64,000 bases of DNA from a virus (IMGVR_UViG_2634166419_000001:9824-73823); one strand, 5' to 3'; shown: positions 19,301 through 28,739, numbered from the stretch's first letter. Made by a program: numbers and translations. Notes: generated from the sequence alone by a model not told the origin.

Positions 19301-21326
19301 CAAATATATTCCGTGGAGTCCTTCTAGCAAGGATAGTCAATCACAGATTGATGGTATAAACACAAATCTATCTGATAATTTTTATCAAAAAACAACAGTA
19401 GATAGCAAATTATCTACAGCGGTAAGTGGAATAACAGCTCAATACACAAAAGATATTAATACTAAGTTAGGTAATTACTATGATAAGTCAACGATTGATA
19501 GTAAGTTGACAATTGATGGTCAAGGGATTGCTACATACGTTAAGAATACTCAAAGTAAGCTAGATAATTTAAGTGTCGGTGGAGCCAATTTAATCAGAGA
19601 TACTGGCGAACCTTTTATTATGGGATGGGGTATCCCAAATACAACATGGGAAAATGGTAGGACGATATTAAGGTATGGCAGTGGGAACAACCCTATGACA
19701 AAAACTGAAATACTCCCCCAAAACGGGGCTTTTGATGAGTTTGTTATGAAACGAGGAGTGGTATATACTCAGTCGCTCATTGTAGAAACAGATGCTACTT
19801 TTGCACCTAATGGGGAATTTAATTTTTCGTGGTTTAGAATGTCTCCTACAGCACACAATTATAAAAAAGGAAATATTAAAAAAACCGGAAACGAGCAATA
19901 CTTGATTTGGTGTACAGCTAGCGTAAATGAAGATAATTTCCGGTTAAGAGCTTTTGATGTTTTTGACTTACAAAATGTTCTTAGTTTTAATAATTCGGGT
20001 AGCTATATCGCTTTTTCTAAGCCGAAATTAGAAGAAGGTAATACACCTACGGCATGGTCTCCATCTCCAGAAGACATGGCTACACTTACCCAATACACAG
20101 AAGTCAAGCAATTAGCCGACCGTATCTCATCAACCGTGTACGACAGCAGTACAGGCCTCGCAACTAAGGTCAATCAGCTGGCTGGCAAATATGCCATAAC
20201 AGCTTTAAATAGCGCTGGCGATATATTAGCGTCGCTTAACCTAAACGCTAACACGTCAACAGCTGAAATTAACGCTAAATTAATCAGGTTAAATGGCTCC
20301 ACGAAGATGGACGACGCGTTCGTTAATAAATTGGTGGCTAACAGTATTATTACCAACAAAATTAAGGCGACTGAGATTAGTGGAGATATTATTAAAGGTG
20401 GAACGATACAAGGGGTTAAAATTATATCTAACAATGGTTCTGGCAACGTAGTATTAAATAATGGACGAATCGATATGGACTTAACCGAACAAAACGTTAA
20501 TAGAAAGAGTGTGGGTAAATTTACCCCGTCGTATATAACAATGGCCAGCTATATTAATGGGTCAAATTTAGATGGGTCAGTCTCCTTTGATTACACTGGA
20601 TTTGTTTCAAAAATAAAAGATGACAGCGGAACAATTCGAGAACGTCGTACACAGTTCGGCTCGGAGTCCTTGAGCATATATCCACTCACAAGTTCTGGAG
20701 ACACTTTAAATTCTGGGATTAGATTATACGGAAAATATGCTTATATCGATTTAAACGGTAATAAAACTACTAAAGTTAACGGTACTGTATCTCGAATTGT
20801 ATCGAATCCAGATGGAAATATGCAGATTATTAATTATGACGGTAATATCTATTTAAACACGAAAAACGGCGAAAATCCCGTTTCGAACGGATACAAGATA
20901 CCTTACACGTTTACAGATGGTAATATGGGAATACGAGTTGCAAGGATAGCGAATCCGACATCTTCTGGGGCGTATTTAGAATTATCTAACATGGTAGGTA
21001 AAGCGTGGGGCGTATCAATGTGGGCATCTGACCAACGCCTAAAATCAAATATTAAACCACCAACGCAAGACGCCTTAGATACAATCAACAAACTACAAGT
21101 ACGTCAGTTTGACTGGAAATCTGACAACGTACACGAGGATTTTGGGTTAATCGCTCAAGAAGTCGAACAAGTCCTACCTAATGCCGTATTTAAGGTGGGA
21201 GACTATTACCAAATCAAAGATAGTGGCTTAATCCCAGTATTAATTGGCGCAGTCCAAACATTATCAAAAAAAGTAAATCTATTAGAAAGCATAATCTATA
21301 ACACAAAAGGAGGTAATCTATTATGA
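16344..21326 (+). CDS. Tal / tail spike host-specificity protein with coiled-coil, two CBM-like modules and a C-terminal intramolecular chaperone (S74)
   Basis: Tal-like N-terminus; Ala-rich coils; NLL...WSPS modules; SDQRLKSNIK...GLIAQEVE. Confidence 0.85.
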   Translation: MDHIRIAIRDSTDSMNICFLDNKAGIKFHEATLQRFLKGTCNFLTLKFYGKDIDTIYPGCRLAFKYADNDYWLTINSFEKNGYECSLTAYSLSLETNKEKRKAFKAPKWTFKQYLDYIDPEHSLTLGLNEVASQSMQLEWSGTDTILARLFSIANSFGAELEFVTELNDDYSLKRHVLNVYKVGNIGKDKTGMPIRVGKSLKVINYTANIDELYTAIRVHGKDGLTIQGLDKKVYDEDNNLLYYTQGDTLYAPQARDRFPAIAHKASDSFICLESEDTEHATKEALYAYMLGELKKHSEPKIDYETEGYVDGEIGDRMLLIDSVHYDPPLYVQARISEQTISLLDKSKNKTVFTNYERKKSEIANELLAKMNALIEENKVFDVQILTTNGYSFKNGFGETTLTARVMDGPKDVTNEFSLTWFKNSTEYSHDASIIVRAGSIDELATFLVIAEKDGRERGRNELTVFNIKDGQPGKTPVVHLAWADSADGSVGFTLELPTDWIPKYRGYYVDYSTVASTNPKLYKWERNPDDAAKVADEAKDKADAADSKADSAIDTANSAKDTADEASKQTALVNGLANAAKDLADKAKADAAEANRLIGLTNTEISKLNTNVDNVKSDLASAETELASKIETVKTTLTQNYATKTNLSETQLTLNKTITDSVASVKQEMSEKYAVKSDLTTLQGEYNSFKEETAKKISQQVSSIETIQTNTTEAQKLAGNAYNKAQSAATSATNASSTANSALDKASNATNVANSASQNATNAVASANSAVSTANTAKENAIKAIADVAALTKTVSSQSTKIEQTSNRIDLVANGITEVGNKLDNLKLSDDNLLEKTDTSVFGKGNWFNNGDGNISLDNSVKYQGRPTLKLDFTQNSSGAKNNQYITLKPDTEYYYSAVIKSNKSFNVGNSTPLHIWMHNTTATGNHAEISISYEPNTVKANEWTTVIRKFKTPKDYDTYYLYVLLYGLSGVVINVADIQVREGSKYIPWSPSSKDSQSQIDGINTNLSDNFYQKTTVDSKLSTAVSGITAQYTKDINTKLGNYYDKSTIDSKLTIDGQGIATYVKNTQSKLDNLSVGGANLIRDTGEPFIMGWGIPNTTWENGRTILRYGSGNNPMTKTEILPQNGAFDEFVMKRGVVYTQSLIVETDATFAPNGEFNFSWFRMSPTAHNYKKGNIKKTGNEQYLIWCTASVNEDNFRLRAFDVFDLQNVLSFNNSGSYIAFSKPKLEEGNTPTAWSPSPEDMATLTQYTEVKQLADRISSTVYDSSTGLATKVNQLAGKYAITALNSAGDILASLNLNANTSTAEINAKLIRLNGSTKMDDAFVNKLVANSIITNKIKATEISGDIIKGGTIQGVKIISNNGSGNVVLNNGRIDMDLTEQNVNRKSVGKFTPSYITMASYINGSNLDGSVSFDYTGFVSKIKDDSGTIRERRTQFGSESLSIYPLTSSGDTLNSGIRLYGKYAYIDLNGNKTTKVNGTVSRIVSNPDGNMQIINYDGNIYLNTKNGENPVSNGYKIPYTFTDGNMGIRVARIANPTSSGAYLELSNMVGKAWGVSMWASDQRLKSNIKPPTQDALDTINKLQVRQFDWKSDNVHEDFGLIAQEVEQVLPNAVFKVGDYYQIKDSGLIPVLIGAVQTLSKKVNLLESIIYNTKGGNLL

Positions 21327-21544
21327 TTACAACAAACATTACAAACGTAAACTTACAAGTAGAAGAAGGACAAATTACTAATGCAACAGTATTTATGAAC
21401 GCAAATATCGGCTTTATTAGCTTAGCTGCTAACGTTCCTTTGAATAACGAAAGCGGCTATAATTTAAACGAGCTAACACCTAACAAATGGTTTGAAAAAG
21501 CCAAAGAAGAATTTGTCAAAGAATTAACTGGAGGTATTGAATAA
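21323..21544 (+). CDS. Phage hypothetical protein
   Basis: AGGAGG RBS; ATGA overlap. Confidence 0.65.
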   Translation: MITTNITNVNLQVEEGQITNATVFMNANIGFISLAANVPLNNESGYNLNELTPNKWFEKAKEEFVKELTGGIE

Positions 21545-21545
21545 T

Positions 21546-21704
21546 ATGATGAACCAGTTAGTACAGGAACGCTTAGGGCAATTGGAGTTAGAACGATTGC
21601 AACTAGTAGCTACGATTGGCGAAAAGGATAAGGAAATTGCTGATTTGAAGGCAGAGTTAGCTACTTATAAGGAAAACGAAGTAGAAGCAGAAAGTGAAGA
21701 ATAG
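21546..21704 (+). CDS. 52-aa coiled-coil phage protein (not in the ORF track)
   Basis: GGAGG RBS; MMNQLVQERLGQLELERLQL... Confidence 0.55.
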   Translation: MMNQLVQERLGQLELERLQLVATIGEKDKEIADLKAELATYKENEVEAESEE

Positions 21705-21712
21705 TTAACTAT

Positions 21713-21747
21713 GGGTGTGGATATCTTCGTCCACATCCTTTTATTTT
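21713..21747 (+). terminator. Terminator before the lysis module
   Basis: GGGTGTGGA...TCCACATCC followed by TTTTATTTT. Confidence 0.6.
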
Positions 21748-21767
21748 AGGAAGAATTGGTGGTTAAA

Positions 21768-22157
21768 ATGATGATAATTGATAATTTAAAACTGTTAGCA
21801 GAATTTAGACATTTATTAAACAATGCGTTTATTCAGATTTTAGTATTGATAGTGTTATTTGATATTTTAACAGGTATGGTTAATGGGCTGAAAGGCAAGA
21901 AAGGTAATAGCACGAAAGGCCTTTTGGGAGTAGTTAAACACTTGCTAGTTGTGTTATTGGTTATCGTGGCTTATCCATATATGCGAGTCATGGGAATGTC
22001 ATTGACAGCCAACGCATTCGTAATTTTCTACATTGCAGTTTACGGCATTTCGGTCACTGAAAATCTAGGACAGTTAGGATTGCCACTACCTAAATTTGTA
22101 ATTGAACGTTTGGAAAAATTACGTGATGAAGCAGACAAAGGAGATGATGTAAAATGA
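21768..22157 (+). CDS. Holin (toxin secretion/phage lysis family)
   Basis: DILTG...SVTENLGQLGLPLP; TM helices; upstream of the lysin. Confidence 0.88.
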   Translation: MMIIDNLKLLAEFRHLLNNAFIQILVLIVLFDILTGMVNGLKGKKGNSTKGLLGVVKHLLVVLLVIVAYPYMRVMGMSLTANAFVIFYIAVYGISVTENLGQLGLPLPKFVIERLEKLRDEADKGDDVK

Positions 22158-22870
22158 TAGATATTAATAAAGCTATCGATTATATGTACCAACTAAAAAA
22201 TCGTGGTGTTACTTACAGTATGTCAGGTAGTCGTATCGGTACAGATGGGACAGCAGATTGCTCAGGCGCAGTCTATATTTCACTTGTTAAAGGTGGAGCA
22301 AAACCGCATAGTTATCCAGTTAACACAGAGAGCGAACACGCATGGTTAATCGCCAACGGTTTTGAGTTAATAGCTTTTAATAAATCATGGAATATGCAAC
22401 GTGGAGATGTGTTGATTTTCGGACTCAAAGGACAATCCGCAGGTGCAGGAGGACATACAGCTATTGCGGTTGACCACAACAACGTAATTCATTGTAATTA
22501 CGCACACAACGGGGTTAGTGTTAATCCTGAGACGACCATGCCATACAGTATGGGTTGGTATGTTTATCGTTATAAAGGTGCCAAACCTAATCCACAACCA
22601 CAAGCAAAACCGCAGCCTACAGGCATTCACTGGATTAAAGAAGAATGGCACTTTACATTAAGCGAACGCATTAAATTGCGAACAGCGCCAAACACATCGG
22701 CTACAATCATTGCAGAATTGCAACCAGGTGATGTGGTTAAATATGATGCATATTGCTATAGTGGCGGCTACGTGTGGATTCGTCAAAAGCGTGGAAATGG
22801 CTATGGGTATTTAGCTACTGGTCAATGCGTAGGAAACAAACGCACAAGTTACTGGGGGTCGTTTAATTAA
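22154..22870 (+). CDS. Endolysin (Amidase_5 / NlpC-P60-like catalytic domain + SH3b)
   Basis: YSM...DCSG...GAGGHT...IHCNY; PQ linker; SH3-type C-terminus. Confidence 0.92.
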   Translation: MIDINKAIDYMYQLKNRGVTYSMSGSRIGTDGTADCSGAVYISLVKGGAKPHSYPVNTESEHAWLIANGFELIAFNKSWNMQRGDVLIFGLKGQSAGAGGHTAIAVDHNNVIHCNYAHNGVSVNPETTMPYSMGWYVYRYKGAKPNPQPQAKPQPTGIHWIKEEWHFTLSERIKLRTAPNTSATIIAELQPGDVVKYDAYCYSGGYVWIRQKRGNGYGYLATGQCVGNKRTSYWGSFN

Positions 22871-22873
22871 ACG

Positions 22874-22902
22874 TTGACCACGCGATTAATCAGTGATATA
22901 TT
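22874..22902 (+). promoter_or_regulatory. Sigma-A promoter downstream of the lysin
   Basis: TTGACC-17 nt-TATATT with TGn extension. Confidence 0.55.
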
Positions 22903-22952
22903 TAAAACACCTAAATAATATTTAATCATATTATTGTAGGCCGTTTTCACAT

Positions 22953-22987
22953 AGCCCTAGCCATTCGTGGTTAGGGCTTATTTTTTT
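22953..22987 (+). terminator. Rho-independent terminator
   Basis: AGCCCTAGCCA-TTCG-TGGTTAGGGCT followed by a T-run. Confidence 0.85.
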
Positions 22988-23170
22988 AAGTGGCAAAAAA
23001 GGGGCATAATTTGGCAAATGGTTGATATATTTTGATATATCAGATAACAAAGAAAACCGTATAGATTGTTAGTCTGATACGGTTTGAGATGCTTTGATAT
23101 AACTTGGTATATGTGTGTTAAGTTCTGTATAGGGGAAGTAATCTAAATGATTGGAAAAAGGATAGCAGTA

Positions 23171-23221
23171 AATTAAATGGTGCTTTTGTCTGAAAAAACA
23201 AGAGTGCCATTTAATTTTTTT
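23171..23221. terminator. Host terminator upstream of truB
   Basis: AATTAAATGGTGCTTTTGT...ACAAGAGTGCCATTTAATT followed by a T-run. Confidence 0.7.
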
Positions 23222-23335
23222 ATGCACACTTTGATTCGCTCAAGGTGTTTTTTTGTGCCTGATTTGTTAACTTGTTTTTATTCCATATGTAGGATAAAAT
23301 GGAGAAGTGTGATTTTATAGAAAAGGAAGGAAATC

Positions 23336-24271
23336 ATGGAAGGCATTTTACCTTTATGGAAAGAACGTGGCTTAACGAGTCATGACTGTGTATTTAAGTT
23401 ACGCAAAATTTTACATATGAAAAAGATTGGTCATAGCGGGACTTTGGATCCTGATGTTGATGGCATTTTACCAATCTGTATCGGACGAGCGACTAAGGTT
23501 GTTGAATTTTTGACGGATTCTGGAAAAGTATATGAAGGCGAAATTACTCTAGGCTATTCGACGACGACAGAGGATGCGAGTGGGGAGATTGTTGATTTAA
23601 CACCCGTTGAAAAAGTTCTGTCAAATGAATTGATTGATAGCACAATGCAGACTTTTATTGGTGAGATTACGCAAATTCCACCCATGTATTCAGCAGTTAG
23701 AGTGAATGGTAAGCGATTATATGAATATGCACGTAATGGCGAAACTGTTGAAAGACCTGTCAGAAAAGCTCAAATTTATCGCTTTCAAAGAATCACGGAA
23801 CCGGTCTTTGATGCGCAAAAACACACGCTATCTTGGCGCTTTCAGGTAGCTTGTGGCAAAGGTACTTATGTTCGTACGCTAGCTGTTGATTTAGGGAAAA
23901 AATTAGGCTTTGCTGCTCATATGTCCGATTTAACACGGATAAAAAGTGGTGGTTTTACCAAAGAGCAAGCCGTAACTTTAGACCAAGTAGCTCAAGCGAT
24001 GGCAAACAATGAGGTAGAAAAGCTGCTTTTACCCATTGAGTATGGGGTTCGTGATTTTCCACGCATTGATATTTCTGAAGAGTTGACCAAAAAAGTGATG
24101 AATGGGATGCGGATTCCGTATTGGCAATTTGGTTTTAATACTTGTCCAGATCGTCCAATCGCCTTATATTATAACAATCAGGTATTAAGTATCTATGAAG
24201 TAAGTCCAAGTGACAAAAATAAGCTTAAACCACAGAAAATGTTAAGAACGCAATTAGAAATGAAGGAATAA
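23336..24271 (+). CDS. truB: tRNA pseudouridine(55) synthase
   Basis: GHSGTLDP, PPMYSAV, GTYVRTL. Confidence 0.97.
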   Translation: MEGILPLWKERGLTSHDCVFKLRKILHMKKIGHSGTLDPDVDGILPICIGRATKVVEFLTDSGKVYEGEITLGYSTTTEDASGEIVDLTPVEKVLSNELIDSTMQTFIGEITQIPPMYSAVRVNGKRLYEYARNGETVERPVRKAQIYRFQRITEPVFDAQKHTLSWRFQVACGKGTYVRTLAVDLGKKLGFAAHMSDLTRIKSGGFTKEQAVTLDQVAQAMANNEVEKLLLPIEYGVRDFPRIDISEELTKKVMNGMRIPYWQFGFNTCPDRPIALYYNNQVLSIYEVSPSDKNKLKPQKMLRTQLEMKE

Positions 24272-24276
24272 TAGTT

Positions 24277-25230
24277 ATGAATATCATTGAATTAAGACAT
24301 CCGTTTGAAAAAGAACGCGTAATCAAGGAAGAGGTTGTTTTGGTGCTAGGCTTTTTTGACGGGGTACATCGCGGACATCAAGCAGTGATTGAACAAGGGA
24401 AAAAACTAGCAAAAGAAAAGAATCTGAAACTAGCACTGATGACTTTTAACCAACACCCATCCATTGTTTTTCAAAAAATGTCTAAAGAAACGATGACCTA
24501 TTTAACGAGCATGAATCAAAAAGCGCAATTGTTTGAAAAAGCTGGGGTGGATTTATTATATGTGGTTGATTTTACTTCAGCCTTTGCAAAATTAACGCCC
24601 GAAGAATTTATCGAACAATATATCATTGGGTTACATGCTAAAGTAGTTGTGGCTGGATTTGACTATACATTTGGCTATCAAGGAAAAGCAACAATGACAG
24701 ATTTAGCGCAATTAGCGAACCAACGCTTTGAAGTAATCGAAGTGCCTGAATTAAGCGAACATGGACAAAAGGTTAGTTCGACCGCCATTCGCCAAGCTTT
24801 GGCAAAAGGCGATATGCAAGCAGTCAATGAATTATTAGGCTATCCTTATACGATAGAAGGAACAGTGATGCATGGCGATGCGCGTGGCCGAACACTGGGA
24901 TTTCCTACAGCGAATATTCGTTTTGCCCCAACGACGCGCTTACCAATCGAAGGCGTGTATGTTTGTGAATTTAAAGTGGGGAATACCTGGCATCAAGCAA
25001 TGGGATCAATTGGCCATAATGATACGTTTGGAGAAGGCCGTAAATTAACAGTAGAGGTCTATATTTTAGATTTTCATCAAGAAATTTATGGAGAATTTGT
25101 GGAAGTGCGTTGGTTACATCTACTCCGTGAACAAATTAAATTTGATGGAGCTGAGCGTTTGATTCAACAACTCCATCAAGATGAGGTAGATACAAGAGCA
25201 TATTTTGCGACCTTAGCGAAGGAATCATGA
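24277..25230 (+). CDS. ribF: Bifunctional riboflavin kinase / FAD synthetase
   Basis: GFFDGVHRGH, SSTAIR, GRTLGFPTAN. Confidence 0.97.
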   Translation: MNIIELRHPFEKERVIKEEVVLVLGFFDGVHRGHQAVIEQGKKLAKEKNLKLALMTFNQHPSIVFQKMSKETMTYLTSMNQKAQLFEKAGVDLLYVVDFTSAFAKLTPEEFIEQYIIGLHAKVVVAGFDYTFGYQGKATMTDLAQLANQRFEVIEVPELSEHGQKVSSTAIRQALAKGDMQAVNELLGYPYTIEGTVMHGDARGRTLGFPTANIRFAPTTRLPIEGVYVCEFKVGNTWHQAMGSIGHNDTFGEGRKLTVEVYILDFHQEIYGEFVEVRWLHLLREQIKFDGAERLIQQLHQDEVDTRAYFATLAKES

Positions 25231-25422
25231 TTTTTGAACATTAATTAGCTGAAATTCTTCGCTATCAGGCACTTTTATGATGAGAAATCCGTCTGGCAAA
25301 GTCGCAGGGGAAACGTCTTTGATATTTTTTCCGCTTGCAATCTGTGCCATACGGATTAATTCTTTTTCATCTTTGCTGCTGGCTACCAGATTTCCGAGAT
25401 TAAAAAGGGCATTTTCTTCCAT
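25225..25422 (-). CDS. Small hypothetical protein (65 aa)
   Basis: Perfect AAGGAGGTGA RBS on the minus strand; fills the ribF-hemW gap. Confidence 0.6.
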   Translation of the reverse strand: MEENALFNLGNLVASSKDEKELIRMAQIASGKNIKDVSPATLPDGFLIIKVPDSEEFQLINVQKS

Positions 25423-25472
25423 GACAATCACCTCCTTGTGTATATTATATCAAAAATGAGAAAGAAAGGGGG

Positions 25473-26621
25473 ATGGAAATGTTAGAGGCGGTTTCAAGTT
25501 ATATTCATATACCTTTTTGTGAGCATATCTGTTATTATTGCGATTTTAATAAAGTCTTTTATGAAGGACAACCCGTAGATGAGTACCTAGAAAAACTGGA
25601 TTTGGAAATGAAATTATGGATAGAAAAATATCCGCAACAACAAACACCAACCATCTACATTGGGGGAGGGACGCCAACTTCTTTAAATGATGCTCAGTTA
25701 CGTTCCTTATTAACAAGCGTAACCAAATATTTTGATGTGACGACAACCAAAGAATTTACTGTTGAAGCGAACCCAGGAGATTTAACAGAAAATAAACTTC
25801 ATATTATGCAAGAATTTGGGGTCAATCGGTTATCAATGGGTGTGCAGACTTTTAATGACCGCTTGCTAAAGAAAATTGGTCGGAAGCATACGGTTAAAGA
25901 TGTGGATGATACACTGAACTTTTTAGCGAAGAATCATTTTGATAATGTGAGTATTGATTTGATTTATGCTTTACCAGGTCAGACGCAGCAAGATTTTGAT
26001 GAGACCTTAAAGCAAGCACTTAGTTATGACTTGCCACATTACTCGATGTATTCTTTGATTTTGGAAAATAAGACGATGTTTATGAATTGGGTGCGCAAAG
26101 GTCGATTAGAATTACCTAGCCAGGAAGAAGAGGCGGGAATGTTTGCCTTGGCGATGGATGTGATGTGTCAAAAAGGTTATGAGCAGTATGAAGTTTCAAA
26201 CTTTGCTAAACCAGGCTTTCAGTCACAGCACAACCTTGTTTACTGGAATAATGAGTACTACTTTGGCTTCGGCGCTGGGGCTAGTGGATATGTCGACAAA
26301 GTAAGATATAAAAATCATGGCCCGATTCAACATTATTTAAATCCTTTACGAAACCAACAATTGCCCATTTTCTCTGAAGAAACCTTAGATCAAAAAGCAC
26401 GTATGGAAGAGGAGATGTTTTTAGGGCTCCGTAAAGCACAAGGCGTCTCCATTGCGCACTTTAATGAGAAATTTGGTGTTGATTTCCATCAAATATACGG
26501 TTCTGTTGTTGGAAATTATGTATCTAAAGGATTACTCAATCAAACGGATAACGGCTATATTCAACTAACCAAAAAAGGACTTTTTCTAGGGAATGAAGTA
26601 TTTGAGGGATTCTTACTTTAG
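25473..26621 (+). CDS. hemW: Radical SAM heme chaperone (HemN-like)
   Basis: YIHIPFCEHICYYCDF and HNLVYW. Confidence 0.95.
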   Translation: MEMLEAVSSYIHIPFCEHICYYCDFNKVFYEGQPVDEYLEKLDLEMKLWIEKYPQQQTPTIYIGGGTPTSLNDAQLRSLLTSVTKYFDVTTTKEFTVEANPGDLTENKLHIMQEFGVNRLSMGVQTFNDRLLKKIGRKHTVKDVDDTLNFLAKNHFDNVSIDLIYALPGQTQQDFDETLKQALSYDLPHYSMYSLILENKTMFMNWVRKGRLELPSQEEEAGMFALAMDVMCQKGYEQYEVSNFAKPGFQSQHNLVYWNNEYYFGFGAGASGYVDKVRYKNHGPIQHYLNPLRNQQLPIFSEETLDQKARMEEEMFLGLRKAQGVSIAHFNEKFGVDFHQIYGSVVGNYVSKGLLNQTDNGYIQLTKKGLFLGNEVFEGFLL

Positions 26622-26794
26622 CTTGTGATTTCATTGTATCTTAATACTGAATAGCTTTCAAAAGTTATGATTTTTCGTGTATCTTTTTTGATATTGATAC
26701 TTATTTGTTAAATTGATATTTTTTCAAAACTTTTGAACGAAATACAGTAGGAAGTATTCAGATGAATAGATTATACTTATAATGAATACAATAT

Positions 26795-26852
26795 AGACTC
26801 ACTAGGTGTAAGATCATTTATTTTGTGATATTACACCTTAGTGAGTCTTTTG
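26795..26852. repeat. Long inverted repeat (terminator-like)
   Basis: AGACTCACTAGGTGTAA / TTACACCTTAGTGAGTCT, 17 bp with one bulge. Confidence 0.7.
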
Positions 26853-27004
26853 TGTCAAATATTTATATTGCAAAAAGATAGCTGTACTATTAGTGTGAGT
26901 GATCTAAATGATATGAGTTATATTTCATGTTTTTCAAGTTTGTACATAACTATAATAAAATCGCTCGGAACGCTGGTATCAACGCTTTTGCTCCTCTGTC
27001 TAAA

Positions 27005-28174
27005 TCATTGACTGCCATTTTGAATGCCATTGACAAAATCGACGAACTTATCCAAAGTGCCGACTTCGTATTCTTTAGATAAGTGACCATACGTGTCCAT
27101 AGTCACGGTAATGGATCCGTGGCGCAGACGAGTTTGCACCTCCTTAAGGTTAGCACCTGCCTCGATTAAAAAACTCGCGTGCGTGTGCCTGGTTGCGTGG
27201 TTGCCATAAAAAGGCACGCCCGCGTTTTTGGTTGCTCTTCTGAGTTGATAATAAACATCAGAGGAAAATACCCAGTCGCCCTCAAGTTTGCTAAAAATAG
27301 GCGGCTCGCCTGTTAAGCCAATTGCTAAACGGGCCTTTTTCTTATACGCTCGCCACGTTTTTAAAATCCTTAATGTTTGCTCATCAACGGGTAACACTGC
27401 AACACTAGCCTTTGTTTTAGGTTTGCCAACAGTCAGCTTACTATCAACAAGCTTGAGCGTTTTGTCAATGTTTAAGGTTTTAGCCTTAAAATCTATATCG
27501 GACCATTCGAGCGCGAGAGCCTCATTGATGCGCAAGCCAGTGAAGAAAAGTAAACGAAACAGCGCGTACATGAAATAACCATCATAATCAGATTGGTTAT
27601 CTTTTAGATACGCCATAAGTGTATTAAAATCTTGTTTAGCGTACACTTTAACGCGTTTGTGAGCATCTCCTTTAGGCTTAATAACAGACTCCATTGGGTT
27701 AATACTTATCAAGTCCATGGTAATGGCGTATTTAAAGATACGACTAGCCTTGCATGTCAGTGCTCCGAGTGCTGAGTATTGTAAATACCAATCATTCACC
27801 GCCTGTTGGCATTCCACCCTTGTGATGTCCTTAATAGGTCGGTCACCAAATTTAGGGTATAGATAGTTTTTTAAGATGTTTTTGGTTCCTTGATACGTTA
27901 CATCCTGCACGGTTAACTTGTAGCTGGTTAACCAAAGCTCGGCCACCTCTTTAAAAGTTAAGCTATCTATGCTATCATTTTCTTGTGAGGCCCACGTATC
28001 TGCATCAAATTCAGCGAGTAACTGACTGCAGGCGCGTTGGGCTTGTTTTTTTGTCTCAAAGCCACGCCTTGTGGTCTTGATACGCTTTCCTGTTTTCGGG
28101 TCAGTACCAAGATAAGCGGAAAATTGCCACGCTTCTTGGCCGTTCTTTTTGGTGTATTTTTTAAAATTTGCCAT
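27005..28174 (-). CDS. int: Tyrosine integrase
   Basis: TGLRINE, HATRHTHA, LRH and DTYGH catalytic motifs; N-terminal arm-binding domain. Confidence 0.96.
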   Translation of the reverse strand: MANFKKYTKKNGQEAWQFSAYLGTDPKTGKRIKTTRRGFETKKQAQRACSQLLAEFDADTWASQENDSIDSLTFKEVAELWLTSYKLTVQDVTYQGTKNILKNYLYPKFGDRPIKDITRVECQQAVNDWYLQYSALGALTCKASRIFKYAITMDLISINPMESVIKPKGDAHKRVKVYAKQDFNTLMAYLKDNQSDYDGYFMYALFRLLFFTGLRINEALALEWSDIDFKAKTLNIDKTLKLVDSKLTVGKPKTKASVAVLPVDEQTLRILKTWRAYKKKARLAIGLTGEPPIFSKLEGDWVFSSDVYYQLRRATKNAGVPFYGNHATRHTHASFLIEAGANLKEVQTRLRHGSITVTMDTYGHLSKEYEVGTLDKFVDFVNGIQNGSQ

Positions 28175-28231
28175 TTTAATTCCTCCTAAAGTTTGTCCGG
28201 GCGGGGCTTATCTTTAGGGAATATTAGGCAA

Positions 28232-28269
28232 TAAAGGCCTGAGACGCATTTACTACACCCAGGCCTTTT
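28232..28269. terminator. Hairpin terminator between ltp and int
   Basis: AAAAGGCCTG...CAGGCCTTTT. Confidence 0.6.
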
Positions 28270-28274
28270 GCTTA

Positions 28275-28739
28275 CTACTTATTAAGATTATCTACCGCAT
28301 ATTGGGCTTCCTCTGGGGTAAATTTCTCAAACTCAGAGGTTAGTTGATCTTTGATTGCATCAGGCGACATAGCCATTTTATCCTGATATGATTTAGCTTT
28401 TTCTAAGGCGTTGGCATTATAGTCTGCTTTTAAATTATCTACCGCGTATTGAGCCGCTTCCGGAGAAAACTTCTCAAAATCAGAGGTCAGCTGGTCATAA
28501 ATGCCTTGCTTAGACATGTGCATAGTTTTTGAATAAGTCTCAGCTTTCTTTAGTGCTGCAGTATATTCAGCAGGCACCGCAGGTTTTTCCTCAGCTTTAG
28601 AGGATGAAACTGTTGTTTGTTCTGTTTTAACACTGCTTGCTGTTGCGTTATCACCTTTGGCAGATGTGTCTGAGCTGCCACACGCAGCCAATAGTAACGC
28701 AGTTGAGCAAACTAGCCCTAAACTTAAAATTTTCTTCAT
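28275..28739 (-). CDS. ltp: Ltp-family superinfection-exclusion lipoprotein
   Basis: Lipobox LAAC; two repeats ALxKAxxY...MS...DQLTSxFEKFxPExAQYAVDNL. Confidence 0.9.
   Translation of the reverse strand: MKKILSLGLVCSTALLLAACGSSDTSAKGDNATASSVKTEQTTVSSSKAEEKPAVPAEYTAALKKAETYSKTMHMSKQGIYDQLTSDFEKFSPEAAQYAVDNLKADYNANALEKAKSYQDKMAMSPDAIKDQLTSEFEKFTPEEAQYAVDNLNK

Larger units (their letters stand above)
1..23140 (+). mobile_element. Prophage 1 (siphovirus): late-early, packaging, head, tail and lysis modules; left part lies outside the window
   Basis: Continuous co-oriented phage genes from RusA to endolysin; host truB follows. The right boundary (attR) is approximate because the partner att site is not in the window. 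Confidence 0.93.

Noticed and set aside
22990-23160. Exact att core sequences (also 26900-27000)
   Set aside because: The partner att sites lie outside the window and no tRNA or recognisable gene end was found, so only approximate boundaries are given.
25445-25456. Partial match (TTATATCA) to the putative IS605 guide flank
   Set aside because: An 8-nt AT-rich match without a convincing TAM; expected by chance.
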